Source of the DNA: Octopus bimaculoides
Taxonomy: Eukaryota
DNA length: 36,181 bases
Direction of reading: 5' to 3'
NCBI RefSeq assembly: GCF_001194135.2
Contig: NC_068989.1
Coordinates: 30,113,708-30,149,888, forward strand
Part shown: positions 9,995-21,394 of the stretch, one piece after another
How positions within the stretch are numbered: position 1 is the stretch's first letter
Layout: each line of letters begins with the position of its first letter
Notes under the pieces: model-generated
Seen by the model: only the letters and a program-made list of their open reading frames with translations
Databases searched by the model: none
Told to the model about the DNA's origin: nothing
Position numbers and translations under genes: made by a program

Positions 9995-10727
9995 ATGTAT
10001 GAATTTGGTTACCCTCAAAATAATTTGACAGAGCTTCAAAATAATCACCCCAGAGTTTCAAAATAAAAAAAGCATCCAGTCCATGATGACATGTGTTTGG
10101 TGTTAGAAGGGCATCCAACCATAGAAACCATGCAAAAACAGACATCAGAGCACTATGTAATCCTTGAACACATTGGATCCAGTCAAACCATCCAACTCAT
10201 GCCAGCATGGAGCATGAATGTTAAATGATGATGATGATGATGATGAGCACTGTTACATCAAAATTTGATTTTCTTGTATGCAAGTGAGATGCGCACAGTA
10301 AAAAACATAAAAAAACGAGATAGTAATTTTGAAATTTTTTCATAAAATCTAATTTCCTATGTTAAAAACAGAATTCAGAAAAAAAAATTCAAAAATGAAA
10401 AAGCTACAGCAGAAAAATGAAAAATTGAAATTTTGAAAGTATTCTTTTCCAGAATCATTATCTCAATGTTTAAAATATGTAAATCAGAAAAAAATCTTGA
10501 GACATGGGCAAAAATGAAAATGGTTGTGCACTCTAAAATGGAAGAGCAGTGATAAAAAACCCCCTGAAATTTCAAAAGACAATTTTTGCAGACCTCACTC
10601 CAATGTTTAAAGCATGGAAATCTGAAATAGTTGTCCTCTTTCCCCAAAAAATTTTTAGGGTGGTGTTAGTTGGTTGATTATTTTGAAACTCTGTCAAATT
10701 ATTTTGGGGATAACCAAATTCATACAT
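9995..10727. mobile_element. MITE / non-autonomous DNA transposon with about 55-bp terminal inverted repeats
   Basis: atgtatgaatttggttaccctcaaaataatttgacagagcttcaaaataatcaccc (9995-10050) is the near reverse complement of ggttgattattttgaaactctgtcaaattattttggggataaccaaattcatacat (about 10672-10727). No clear TSD. Confidence 0.8.
10073..10246 (+). mobile_element. SINE or LINE-tail fragment with RTE-type 3' end, nested in the MITE
   Basis: ggtgttagaagggcatccaaccatagaaacc...caaaccatccaactcatgccagcatgga...(gat)n matches the reverse complement of the RTE 3' ends at 6183-6350 and 16704-16840. Confidence 0.75.
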
Positions 10728-11643
10728 AAAAGTTTTTCTTAGTTTTTACTACAGAGAATGTATAAAAGGAATTATAAGATGAGCACCAAATAAAAATTAG
10801 ATGCATGTCTCCAAGTTGATGCATGTTGAAATTGCTGTGGAAGTCATTAATCACAATAACTTTATATTAGAAATATTTGCCTTTATATTTTAGAATTTAC
10901 TTCATCATAAATATTGTATGGTACAAAATATAAGTACTCTATGTCTTGTTCAACACAATATGTGATATACACACACATACACACACACACACACACACAT
11001 TCATACACACTTGCACACACACACCACTTGTTTAATCAATTTCAGTATCCACATTGAAATAATGTGTAAGTAAATCTATGCACCTTTAATTCAATTTTCA
11101 AGCTGTATCAGCATACACCTATAGTAAATGACACTTAAACAAAACATTATGCAGTAAAATATAACAAAAGGCCAAATGATTACCAAGCAAACTTCTTAAC
11201 TGCTCGACCATACCTGCAACCCCATACATATATACACATGTGCATATGTGTGATTTTATTGAAAGCTGAAAACTCCAATAATCTTTACTCTGAGTTTCTT
11301 GCTTCTAATCATCAGATGAAAATCATCTGATGAAATAGAATATTTAGAAAATATTTGAAAGCAACTGTAACAGATATACAACAATCAAAGTGAATATTAT
11401 ATATTGATTGGGTGGATCTTGTCTAGGGGAGTTCATCACATGACTCAGAAGAGGCTGTTTTATTAATAAAATTGTTGACAAAAGCGAAAACATTATACAA
11501 TCTCATTTTCCTCCCTTGATAAATCTGAAGCCTTGTGATATGTAAGAGAGAGACTAATATTAAGCCCTGCTAACTCAGTAAGGACTAAATATAATCAGAG
11601 AAGATAAGGAAGGTGACTGTTACATGTGTGTGAACTAACTTAC

Positions 11644-11832
11644 CTATAATAATTTAAAAAAAATCCTAAGCTGTACATATCTGAGGAAGATAAAAATCAT
11701 CCTAAACAGCAGCAAATGGATAATTTCTTTCTTTTTCCAAAATGCATGTTTTCAGATGTAGTATGTTCCATGCTGTAAATTTGCATTAGACAACTTTTGT
11801 GGAAACAACTCTCTTCTACAGGCATGCTGATG
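11644..11832 (-). CDS. Candidate alternative, stop-containing exon downstream of exon C
   Basis: TTTTGTTTTAATATTTAG acceptor at 11833 and TAG/GTAAGT donor at 11643. Spliced to exon C (phase 2) it reads in frame S-ISMPVEESCFHKSCLMQIYSMEHTTSENMHFGKRKKLSICCCLG-stop (TGA 11699-11697). I recognise no homology. Confidence 0.25.
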
Positions 11833-12552
11833 CTAAATATTAAAACAAAAGTAGGAACAGGAGTTGCTATTTGCAAATTATTTCCCAGGATATTAGTGAT
11901 ATGGCATGCCTGCATGGTTAACAAGTCTGCTTTTACCATAGTCTCAGGATGAGCCAAGCCTTGTGAATGAAGTTAGTTAGACAGAAGGTCTGAATTTGTG
12001 ATATATTGTGTCACACTGATTCTACCCTAGAATTATGTAAAGAGTACATGTCTCTGTAGAATATTCAGCCCCTTACATGCATATTCAATGAGTAGGTAGT
12101 TCAGTTGACTGAACAACTGAATACTCCTCATCAAAAAGATATGTTGAAGATCTATTTCTTTACTAGATGTTGACACTTAATGACAGACTTGTTTTCAGTA
12201 ATTCTGCGACTCTCACTTGATGAACTAAAACTTGTTTTGAAATGTTATTACTAAGTACAGAGATATAGTTAACCAAATCAAATTTGTTATTAGATATTTT
12301 TTTATATAGAACTTATCTAATTTAATGCTTCAAACTAAGCATGATAAAGATAGTGCTACATACTCAATATACTCAACTTTGAAAGCCATTTTACTTTTGG
12401 ATCAAGCAAATGTTTGTTATACATGAAGTGAAGATGTGATAAGAGCTTATATATGTAACATCATAACTACTTAACTACATGTTTTTGACTACTCCATTTC
12501 TGGAGGTGTTACTAATAATAGCATTAGTATCTTAAACAATAGTTTCAACTTG

Positions 12553-12730
12553 AGTACTGATTTCAAATTTTGGCACAAGGCCAGTTAGTTTGGTGGGAGG
12601 GGAAAGTCAATTATATAAACCCCAATGCTTAACTTGTACTTATTTTATCAACTCTGAAAGAATGAAAGGCAAAGACAACCATCCTTGGAATTTGAACTCA
12701 GAACATAAAGGTGGATGAAATGCTGCTAGC
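12553..12730 (-). mobile_element. Old tRNA-derived SINE (same family as 18237-18459)
   Basis: Contains tacttattttatcaactctgaaagaatgaaaggcaaagacaacc...ggaatttgaactcagaac, shared with the young copy. Confidence 0.75.
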
Positions 12731-13619
12731 CTTAGCTTCAACTGTAATATTGAATACAACACAAGATAGATGTTCTATCAAGTGTTGGACTATATTAGTA
12801 TAACAGTGTAATAGTACAGTGGTTTAACAACATTTGTTTTCTAAAATGTAATTTAATAACAATATTGATTCTCTATTAATTACTGAGAACAATAACATTG
12901 GCATTCAAGGAGCTAATGAAGACAACACTACACAGTTATATAATACTGTGTTGGCATTAAAAAGTTTTTGTAACTGATAAAATAAATGGCTTAGTAATTC
13001 TGTATGCTGTTGTAAAGCAATACTAGAAGCTCTATAACCACTGTAACTAACAGAGTGCAAGTAAGTTATAAACTATTGAAAAACAATAGTTGTATGATTT
13101 TATCAGTAATACAATGTAGTTTCACCAGCTTTGCAAGAAATTTATTTCAAATAATTTACAAGTTATCAGCAATGTTGGTGAAATTTAGTGAAATGTAAAG
13201 ACTAATATAGACAATATTGTTCAATGTGCCATGGATTATTACATACAACACAACAGAAGTGATCCACTCACTAGCAGTTATACTGAAGAACACATCACAG
13301 AAGACATTAAAATAAAAGAAGTACTCTTTAGAAACTCCAAAAATTATATATAATACATATCTTCAAGCAAAGGGATGATACTAAGTAATACCGATCTACA
13401 AATGTGCAGAACTAATGTAAATATACTTGGACAAATTTCAACAACATAAACTAGGTAATTTATCAAGGTAATTGTTCTTTCAAACAAATCTTCAACCAGA
13501 GAACTTAATCTTACCTCAAATGTTTATATATTTTTAAAAAATTTCATTTGTATTATTCCTATATCAAAAGGTAAACAACTGCTTTCTTTTACCCTTACTA
13601 CAGCCATTACCTATATTTT

Positions 13620-13622
<3 letters not shown>

Positions 13623-13661
<39 letters not shown>
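13623..13661. repeat. (AAT)n microsatellite
   Basis: Direct reading. Confidence 0.95.
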
Positions 13662-13662
<1 letters not shown>

Positions 13663-14221
13663 TAGCTGCTGCAATTACTTTCATTACAATCATCACTAGC
13701 ACTATCACTACAACAACAATAGAAATTTTTACAATAGCAACAACTGTAATCTATACTAAAAAAAACCCACTATTAACAATTATAATTTCTTTTCACTAAG
13801 CATCATACTCTTTTTGTTAAGTAAGTCGATTGAAGCAACTCCAGAATATATATCAATGATACTTATTTTATTAATTCTACATGTATAAAGAGCAATATTA
13901 ACTCTGCTGAGATCTGAATAAGACAGCAAAATATTGAACAAAAACAACAGAGTAAATCTTCAAGGACTGCCACAACAACAAAAATAACTACATTGTTGGT
14001 AGAGGTAAAATTAGTAGTACTAGTACCAACAACAGCAATGGAAATATATTTTACTTTTGTGTTGCATGAGGAATGTTTTGCAGATAGAAGTGCATAAACT
14101 GAGTTGAGTAGTTTGCAAGGTATTTAATGCTGGGGTAGGTAACATCTGCAAAATCTATTGCACTTATATACTAGGGAACACTATATGGACAGATAAGGGG
14201 TCTACGTGAATGTAGGTGTAC

Positions 14222-14305
14222 CTTTTCAGAGTGAACAGTGTGCCTGTTAGCTTCTTGCAACGTCGCAAAGCTGACTCCAGTCGTTCAGGCTGATCTTTGA
14301 GAAAT
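14222..14305 (-). CDS. SRCIN1/KIAA1217-like: Internal coding exon C (84 nt) of the SRCIN1/KIAA1217-like gene
   Basis: TTTCTTTTCATTTTCAG acceptor and AG/GTACAC donor. Encodes FLKDQPERLESALRRCKKLTGTLFTLK(R), matching the recalled family motif FLKEEP.RL...L.RC..lT.TL..lkR. Confidence 0.9.
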
Positions 14306-15194
14306 CTGAAAATGAAAAGAAACGAAGGAAAGGGATATAATTAATAATAAGTTTGAAAGAAAAGAAAGATGAATGTGTTATTGGCAATGGTACATGTTTG
14401 TTACAGCTTCTAGAGTCACAAGAATGCCATTGCTTAGCCCCTGTTTCATGGTATTATATATTGGTGAGAGATATCTCTCTAGACAAGTGAATTGAGTAAA
14501 GTTGAATGAAATGTCTTTTATCCAGAGGTCTGACAAAATATCTGCAGTATATAGAACTTATGACCCATAAACCAATAGTTCACATATATTATTAACTTAA
14601 TCTTTCTTTTACTCATAATATTCTTAAGTTGAGAGTAGCTATTGGTTGGAAATCATTTTAGGAAATCATTTTCCATCTGAAGAGTTACTAATTCATTTCT
14701 TATCACTTATATTGTTCCTATACTTTATAAACTTTCAATGGTTTTGTTAACCTAGCTTTAAATAGATACTACAAAGAAGAAGTCAGCCAGCTAGTGTTGT
14801 GAAAATTATTAAAAAATGCTTTTATTGAAGTTGTTAGATATTGAGATGCTATTAAGGTGCATAAATACAGACAATGCTGATACCTCTTTCAAAAAGAATC
14901 ATAACTGATCATTTGCAATAATTAATTCATTTGTTCACTCATTCATCTTATGTCCCTTTTCCCATGCTTGCATGGCATAAATATGCTATTTGAAGAATTG
15001 TTTTACAACTGGATGCTTCTTGATGCTAACCCTTTATTCCACTTAGCTTTGAGGACACAAAGTGATGGGGTAGTTTGTTGGCAGGTGAGAAACTGCCAAC
15101 AAGTGACTGCAGATGTAAACAAACAAACAAACACACGTACACACACACACACATACACACGTGCATGCACACACACACACATGCTCACATGCAC

Positions 15195-15355
15195 ATGATA
15201 GTTTTCTTTCAGTTTCCATCTATGAAATCCACTGACAAGGCTTAGGTCAGCTTCAGGCTATAACAGAAGAAACATTTACCCAAGATGTCATGCAGTAAGG
15301 CCAAATCTAAAGGCACATGGTTGGGAAGTGAACTTCTCAACCACTCAGCTATACA
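15195..15355 (-). mobile_element. tRNA-derived SINE 5' part (second family, same as the host SINE at 17990-18600)
   Basis: tttcagtttccatcta...aggctataacagaagaaacatttacccaagatgtcatgcag...atggttgggaagtgaacttct parallels 18474-18600. Confidence 0.65.
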
Positions 15356-15789
15356 TGTACCTTAACTTTCATTGTAACAAACATACATAGGAGTGGCCCA
15401 GGAAGAAAAAAAGTACAAAAAAAAAGTAATGACCAGAAGTGACATTATTATGAGTGTATGAATGTGTAATGGTGGACAGGGAGTAAGTGGAATAAAGGAT
15501 TTCTAACAGAAAAGAGCAAGGAAAATAGAGGGTGGGAAGCTGATGTGTATTGCTGTTAAGCATAGTTGTAAGTTGTATCTTTGTATGCATGTGTGTGAGA
15601 AACATTGCAGAAAAATTGTGTGTGAGTGAATTGCAAATATATGAATGTATGTGTGGGTATTTGAATGTTTAACAGGTCATAATCAATCCCTGTGTAAGTC
15701 TACGTATGTGTGAGAGAGTTTGTGTGAGAATGTATGCATGAGTACATGAGGTTTGAGCAGGGAATGAAGTAAGTGAATGTATGTTCATG

Positions 15790-15792
<3 letters not shown>

Positions 15793-15880
<88 letters not shown>
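15793..15880. repeat. (TG)n microsatellite
   Basis: Direct reading; about 88 bp of TG repeat. Confidence 0.98.
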
Positions 15881-15886
<6 letters not shown>

Positions 15887-16703
15887 AAAAAACCAGACAG
15901 AGAAGATGTATTCAAGAAAAATGATAATTATTATGGAATTTAATAACACAGAAGACATAGAGATGCAGGTGGGAATGGCTTGGAAAATTGAAGAGACAGG
16001 TAAGAAGCTTTTTGTGATCTGGTATTATTTGTAGCTTAATTGTAAGATTTCATTTCTATGTGATCAGATTTGTGGGAAGATGGCATCAACAATCCACAAG
16101 AGCTATAGAAATGATAATAAGCTATCACTTGGTGCAGATGTAAGCTGGGCAAAATAGAAATTCCTTAATTGATTGACAACCTGAGCCAAAAGTGGTATCA
16201 GTGGACAGGAACACAATGTGTAGCACCACAAACTATAAAATAACTGTTGAAATTCCCTTCCTTAGTCAGAACTTTCAGCTGAACACTTTACTAAACTAGC
16301 AAATGTAACTAATGTGAATATATGAAGCTGAAGATCTGATTGAAGAATACAACAGAACATCATAGAGTTTGAGAAACATAAGCTCACACAGTATTATTTC
16401 AAGCACACTTGGTTAATAAGTCTAAAGTCCTTGACTTAACAGGCTCTCAGAAAATAATATTCGGAAATCTAAGTTTAGAGTATAGAAAGAGTCCACTAAA
16501 ATACATAAAAAATACTTTTGAATATTCATGCATATACCTATATGTCTGTTGAGGATTACAGTATTTTTGTATAACGATGTTTCTAATCAACATTTTCATT
16601 AATGACGCAAATTTGAATATTTTTCAGATATTTGTATGACAATTAAGGCTACAGTTATCATGTGTATTTGTGTGTGTGTGTGCGCGCGCGCATGCATGTG
16701 TGT

Positions 16704-17640
16704 ATCATCATCATCATTTACGTCACATCCATTTTCCATGCTGGCAAGGGTTGGATGGTTTGACAGGAGCTGGCCAGCTCCAATTGTCTGTTTGGCATGG
16801 TTTATACAGCTGGATGCCCTTCTTAACACTAACCGCTTTATAGAGTATGCTAAGTGTTTTTACATGCCACCAGCCTGAGTGCATTTATGTAGTACTGGCA
16901 TGCATGCATTTTACATGGCACTGGCACTTCAAGACAAAGACTTCTTAGCTGAGAGTGGGAATGAGGGCATTGCCATAAAAGACATGCCTGTAATTTTATT
17001 TAGCTTGGCATGTCTTCTCAAGTACAGTGAATCACCACAAATGCTGGTCCTTTGTCATCATCTCAGTGAAGCTCAGCATCTGAGATCCTTTCTCACCACT
17101 TCATCCCACATCTTCCTGGGTCTACTCCTTCCACAGGCTCCCTCTATAATTAGAAATTGGCACTTTTTAAAGCAGCTGTCCTCATCTATATGCATTACAT
17201 GCACACAACATCTGATGCCTCTTATACTTAGTCTTCCTCTTAAATAATTTACACTCTGTTGTATGTGCACACTGATATTACTCATGCTGGCTTCATCTCT
17301 TTCAAGCCTTTGCAAATCCTCTGTAGTCATAGCCATACATAGGCAGGTGTCATACAATCTGCCTTTCACTCTGAGGGAGAGGCTCTTAGTTACCAACAAT
17401 GGTAGGAACTCTCTGAACTTTGCCCAGCCAGTACTTATTCTAGCAACTATGCTTTCAGAACATCGTCATCCACTGCTAACTTAGGCACCTATGTAACAAA
17501 AACTGTCTACTACTTCTAAGGACCCCATCCCAGCCCCAAGCATTTGAGGAAGTCTATGCTCTGGGTATTTTTTAGTGCTTATTGTACCTGCACATTTTCA
17601 CATGCAAAGACTATTTCCTGTGATACCACTACATCTCTTA
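16704..17640 (-). mobile_element. Second 5'-truncated RTE-like LINE copy
   Basis: ORF 17073-17399(-) LVTKSLSLRVKGRLYDTC...EDLQRLERDEASM...GRSRPRKMWDEVV; colinear with 6183-7560; (GAT)n tail at about 16704-16717. Confidence 0.85.
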
Positions 17641-17989
17641 TGTGTCCAAAGCTTGCATTGGGTACAACATACGGAATTTCTACCAACACCCTTCTTACAT
17701 ATCGAGCAGGGCCATCTCTCTGAAGGGGCTTGTTAGGTTAAATAAAATGGAGCCCTCCATCATAAAATGGGAACTAATCCTTGGTTTTACTCATCAGTAG
17801 CCAATAATTTTCTCTAGAGATTCCATAATAGGAACTAATCCCAGTTTATCAAACAGCCATAATGTTGGCTAAAATAATTTATTATAGCAGCTTACCAGCT
17901 AGATAACTCTGTTTCAAGTAATGAGAAATTGCAGCAGAATGCTGAAGTGGAAAATGTTTCTACATCGTTGTACATACACCTTGATTATA

Positions 17990-18600
17990 TATTTTATTTG
18001 TTTCTGTCATTTGACTGTTACTATGCTGGGCCACCACCTTGAAGGTTTTTAGTCAAACAAATTGACTTCAGGGCTTATATCTTTTAAGCCTAGTACTTAT
18101 TCTATCAATCTCTTTTGCTGAACCACTAAATTATGGGTACATAAATACACCAGCACCAGTTGTCAAACAGTGGTTTGAGCAAACATAGACACAAAGACAC
18201 GCACGTAGACATATATACGATGGGCTTCTGTCAGTTACTTATTTCTTTATTTCCCACAAGGGGCTAAACATAGAGGAGACAAACAAGGACAGCCAAAGTC
18301 GATTACATTGACCCCAGTGCGTAACTGGTACTTAATTTATCGAACCCGAAAGGATGAAAGGCAAAGTCGACCTCGGCGGAATTTGAACTCAGAACGTAAC
18401 GGCAGATGAAATACCACTAAGCATTTCGCCCAGCGCGCTAGCGATTCTGCCAGCTCGCTGGCTTCTGTCAGTTTCTGTCTACCAAAACCACTCACTTTGG
18501 TCAGCCTGAGGCTATAGTAGAAGACATTTGCCCGAGATGCCATGTAGTGGGACTGAACCCAGGACTATGTGGTTGGGAAGCAAGCTTCTTACCATGCAGC
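17990..18600 (-). mobile_element. Older SINE interrupted by a younger SINE
   Basis: tagtacttattctatcaatctcttttgctgaaccactaaattatggg...cagttgtcaa body and a tRNA-like head at 18540-18600 (gggactgaaccc = reverse-complement B box). Rejoining 18236 to 18474 restores it. Confidence 0.75.
18237..18459 (-). mobile_element. Young tRNA-derived SINE with 14-bp target-site duplication
   Basis: Flanked by ggcttctgtcagtt at 18223-18236 and 18460-18473. Minus strand has A-box-like TGGCAGAATCG and B-box-like GAGTTCAAATTCC; many CpGs retained. Confidence 0.9.
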
Positions 18601-18655
18601 CATGTTTCAGCCACAACTATCAATATTTACCTTAGTAACAAGTTATTGTACTTAC

Positions 18656-18731
18656 TTCTCTTCTTGGATAATTATATCCATTTCTTCAGACATAATCTTT
18701 TTCATTTTGTCCTGCAGCTGTGGAAACTGGG
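18656..18731 (-). CDS. SRCIN1/KIAA1217-like: Internal coding exon B (76 nt) of the SRCIN1/KIAA1217-like gene
   Basis: TTGTCTTTTGTGTTAATAG acceptor and GTAAGT donor. Phase 1 in, phase 2 out; encodes (T)QFPQLQDKMKKIMSEEMDIIIQEE(K), bridging exons A and C without frameshift. Confidence 0.88.
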
Positions 18732-19767
18732 CTATTAACACAAAAGACAAGAGTTAACATTAGCTTCAACATAGTTGCTTCATCTGCTTAATATAGTAGA
18801 AAAACCATCTACAAAAAATGTAAATCACATTTGTCATTTTATAAATTATGGTTACAGTATGAAGATAAACAATACAGGATGGCTATCGCTAAAACACCAC
18901 TTGATCAGTATTGTGTATTTTATTGCATACTGCTGAACTATAGAGCTTCAGTAGAAATAACTGAGGCTTCACAAGAATGATAAGAACAGTGAACAAAACA
19001 TCACACAGAAGACTGAAAATAAAACAATTTGAAGTATAAATTTTCTTTAGCAGCAATGAATATGGTTTCACTCTTTAAGATCGTCTGATATTCAGGATTT
19101 CAAAGTGCAAGTGGTTTCAGATGGATATAACTAGTGGTAAAAACTCAAGGGAACTGAACAGCGGAAGGTCTCCAGACAAGAAGCCCCACTGAGACAAATG
19201 TTTTGGCTGTTCCCATTTAAGAACTGAATCCAGGTCATTACTTCTAAGTACCTTTCTGCTGGCACTTTTTAGTCACTTGGATATCAGAGACTTGTGAATT
19301 TAAACCATCTGAAGATTTCATCTAGTTGGAACTTTTCTACATTGACTCAGCTTTCAAACTTTTTGTTATTCAGCTGAATGAAGAAGCATCTCATGCTGCT
19401 TGAAGAACAAAAATATGATCAACAGTAAATCTCCTGATATCAATAAATATAACTAATTGCAGATTATTCCTCAGCTCTAAACAATTTTACAGTCCATCTT
19501 AGTGCTAGATTTATGGTATTAAAATGCTCAAAGTGCTTTTTAACAAAATCTTTGAACTGGTAACCTAATAATACTTCACAGATTGATATAAAATACTTCT
19601 TTCTATCTACTAATATGGATATTCACATTGGTAGAGTGACTGCATACCTTTAGCTTTCTGATCAGAGTCAGAGTCAGAGTAAAAAATATCCTACTGCAGC
19701 TGAGGTTCATACATACGCAATCCCCATGAAACTTCTCATGGGCATAACGAAACAAAAGAAAAGTCAG

Positions 19768-19770
<3 letters not shown>

Positions 19771-19815
<45 letters not shown>

Positions 19816-19888
19816 GAGAGAGACAGAGAGAGAAACAGACAGACAGAGAGACAGACAGAGAGAGACAGAGAGAGAGAGAGAGAGTGAG
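19771..19888. repeat. (AG)n/(AGAC)n compound microsatellite
   Basis: Direct reading. Confidence 0.97.
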
Positions 19889-20106
19889 AGGACTTTAGGC
19901 CTTTTCAGCTTTCTCAAATTGAGGTATAGAGATATATGGGTGTGATCAAGGGTGCTAATGTTCTGTTGGCAAAGTTTTTACAGATGATTTTTGGTAACTT
20001 GTATTTTCATCATTAATTTGATATAATCGTTGCTGAATTGTTTATTCTTTATTTTTATATTTAACATAAATGTTAATTGTTTATTCCTTATTTCACATCT
20101 TTGATA

Positions 20107-21093
20107 ATGAGTGGTAAAGAAATTGCAATTAGAGCCATTTTGCACTACTTGAGGAAAAGAGGATTGAGTACAAGGATTGTAGCAAAAGAAATTAACGATG
20201 TAGAAGGCACAAATACTGTCGATGAACATGTGGCCCAAAAATTCATTCAGATGTTTCAAGAAAGTGATACCAACCTCAAAAACAAACCAAGGTCAGGGAG
20301 ACCTCCTTTGTTTGAAATGGTTGAACAACAGCAAAGCACAAGCATCCGTATATGGTTGGCAGAACTTGGTCAATAAAGCCCCATCAATTGACACTGCCAT
20401 AAGCTCGGTCTTGTAAACAGATACTGTTGAAAAAATCCTCATGACCAATGGCCAGGCTCAATAGTGTGTGAACATTTGCACACAACTGAAGACTTACCAG
20501 CTGTTTTTGGTGTCAAATTGTAACTGGGGTTGAAAAATGGAACTATTTTCATAACCTTAATAGGAGAAATCAGTGGCTTCATTCCAGCCAGCTTCAAAAC
20601 TTGTAGTTAAACAAGGGTGCTTTGAACAGGTCATGTTGGATGTTTGGTGGAATTTCGATGGGGTGTTGCATGCTGAGCTTGTCCCAGATAGTGATACTGT
20701 GAATGTTAAACTTTATACTCAACAACTGCAGTGAGTACATGATATTTTGAAAGCTTACTACCTGGCATTGATCAATCAAAGACATGCACTTCTATAGCTT
20801 GACAATGCTTCAACACACACTATCAATGTGACCAATTGCAAACTTGAATGGGTGGAAGTGCTGCCTCACCCTGCCTAAAGTCCAGACCATGCACCATCAG
20901 AATATTACCTTTTCTAAGCTAAGGCTTATTTCCTGCACAGATGGAGACTCGACAATGTAGATGGGGTTGAAAATGGGTGTAGGGAGGATTTTGCTGCTTC
21001 TAAACCAGCCAAATGTTATAAGCATGGAATTGACTTCTGGTACAATGATAACAACAGACAATAGAATATGATGGCATATATTTTGATGAGTAA
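20107..21093 (+). mobile_element. Decayed mariner (Tc1/mariner) transposase
   Basis: MSGKEIAIRAILHY...PRSGRP, VTGVEKW (from TGDEKW), VMLDVWW, LDNAST, VLPHPA*SPDHAPSEYYLF (from YSPDLAPSDY), ending YFDE*. Multiple stops and frameshifts; TIRs not resolved. Confidence 0.92.
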
Positions 21094-21263
21094 ATGCCTT
21101 TTGTATGTAATTTGTTTGAACTATTAAAATTTGAAATATGAAAAAACAGTTGGCTCAACCATGTATATACTAGAATGTATACACTTTCCATTAAAAAATA
21201 CACATAATATACATTCATAACAATCTGCATTTATATTCTTATAAAGAAAAAGAAATCACTTAC

Positions 21264-21394
21264 TTTTTTGCTCTGCAATAGCTTTTGATAGTTGACTTAG
21301 AGTTAGTGCCATCTTTTCAACGTCAGTTGAGTTTACACGACAGTGCTTTGAGATTACATCAGTGCGTACTTCTTCAACAGAATCTTCGAGTTTA
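21264..21394 (-). CDS. SRCIN1/KIAA1217-like: Internal coding exon A (131 nt) of an SRCIN1/KIAA1217/CG32809-family coiled-coil (AIP3-like domain) gene
   Basis: Minus strand: pyrimidine-rich tract plus TTCTAG acceptor, exon T-AAA-CTC...CAA-AAA-A, GTAAGT donor. Encodes KLEDSVEEVRTDVISKHCRVNSTDVEKMALTLSQLSKAIAEQK, resembling the LEKSVE..DV....RV....E..AL.L motif I recall for this family. Phase is compatible with the next exon. Family assignment is from recall, not a search. Confidence 0.88.

Noticed and set aside
12140-12225. Possible next host exon (SSSESRRITENKSVIK...) after exon C
   Set aside because: Weak acceptor, no donor before an in-frame stop, and no resemblance to the family sequence.
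18400-18459. tRNA gene-like A and B boxes
   Set aside because: These form the head of a SINE with a 14-bp TSD and non-tRNA body; no full cloverleaf.
19040-19440. Higher-complexity stretch between exons A and B tested as an extra exon
   Set aside because: The candidate acceptor gives a stop in the required phase, only short ORFs exist on either strand, and exons A and B already join in frame.
19925-21165. Mariner terminal inverted repeats
   Set aside because: Candidate ends (tatatgggtgtgatcaa vs ttggctcaaccatgtata) do not align convincingly, so boundaries were limited to the transposase remnant.
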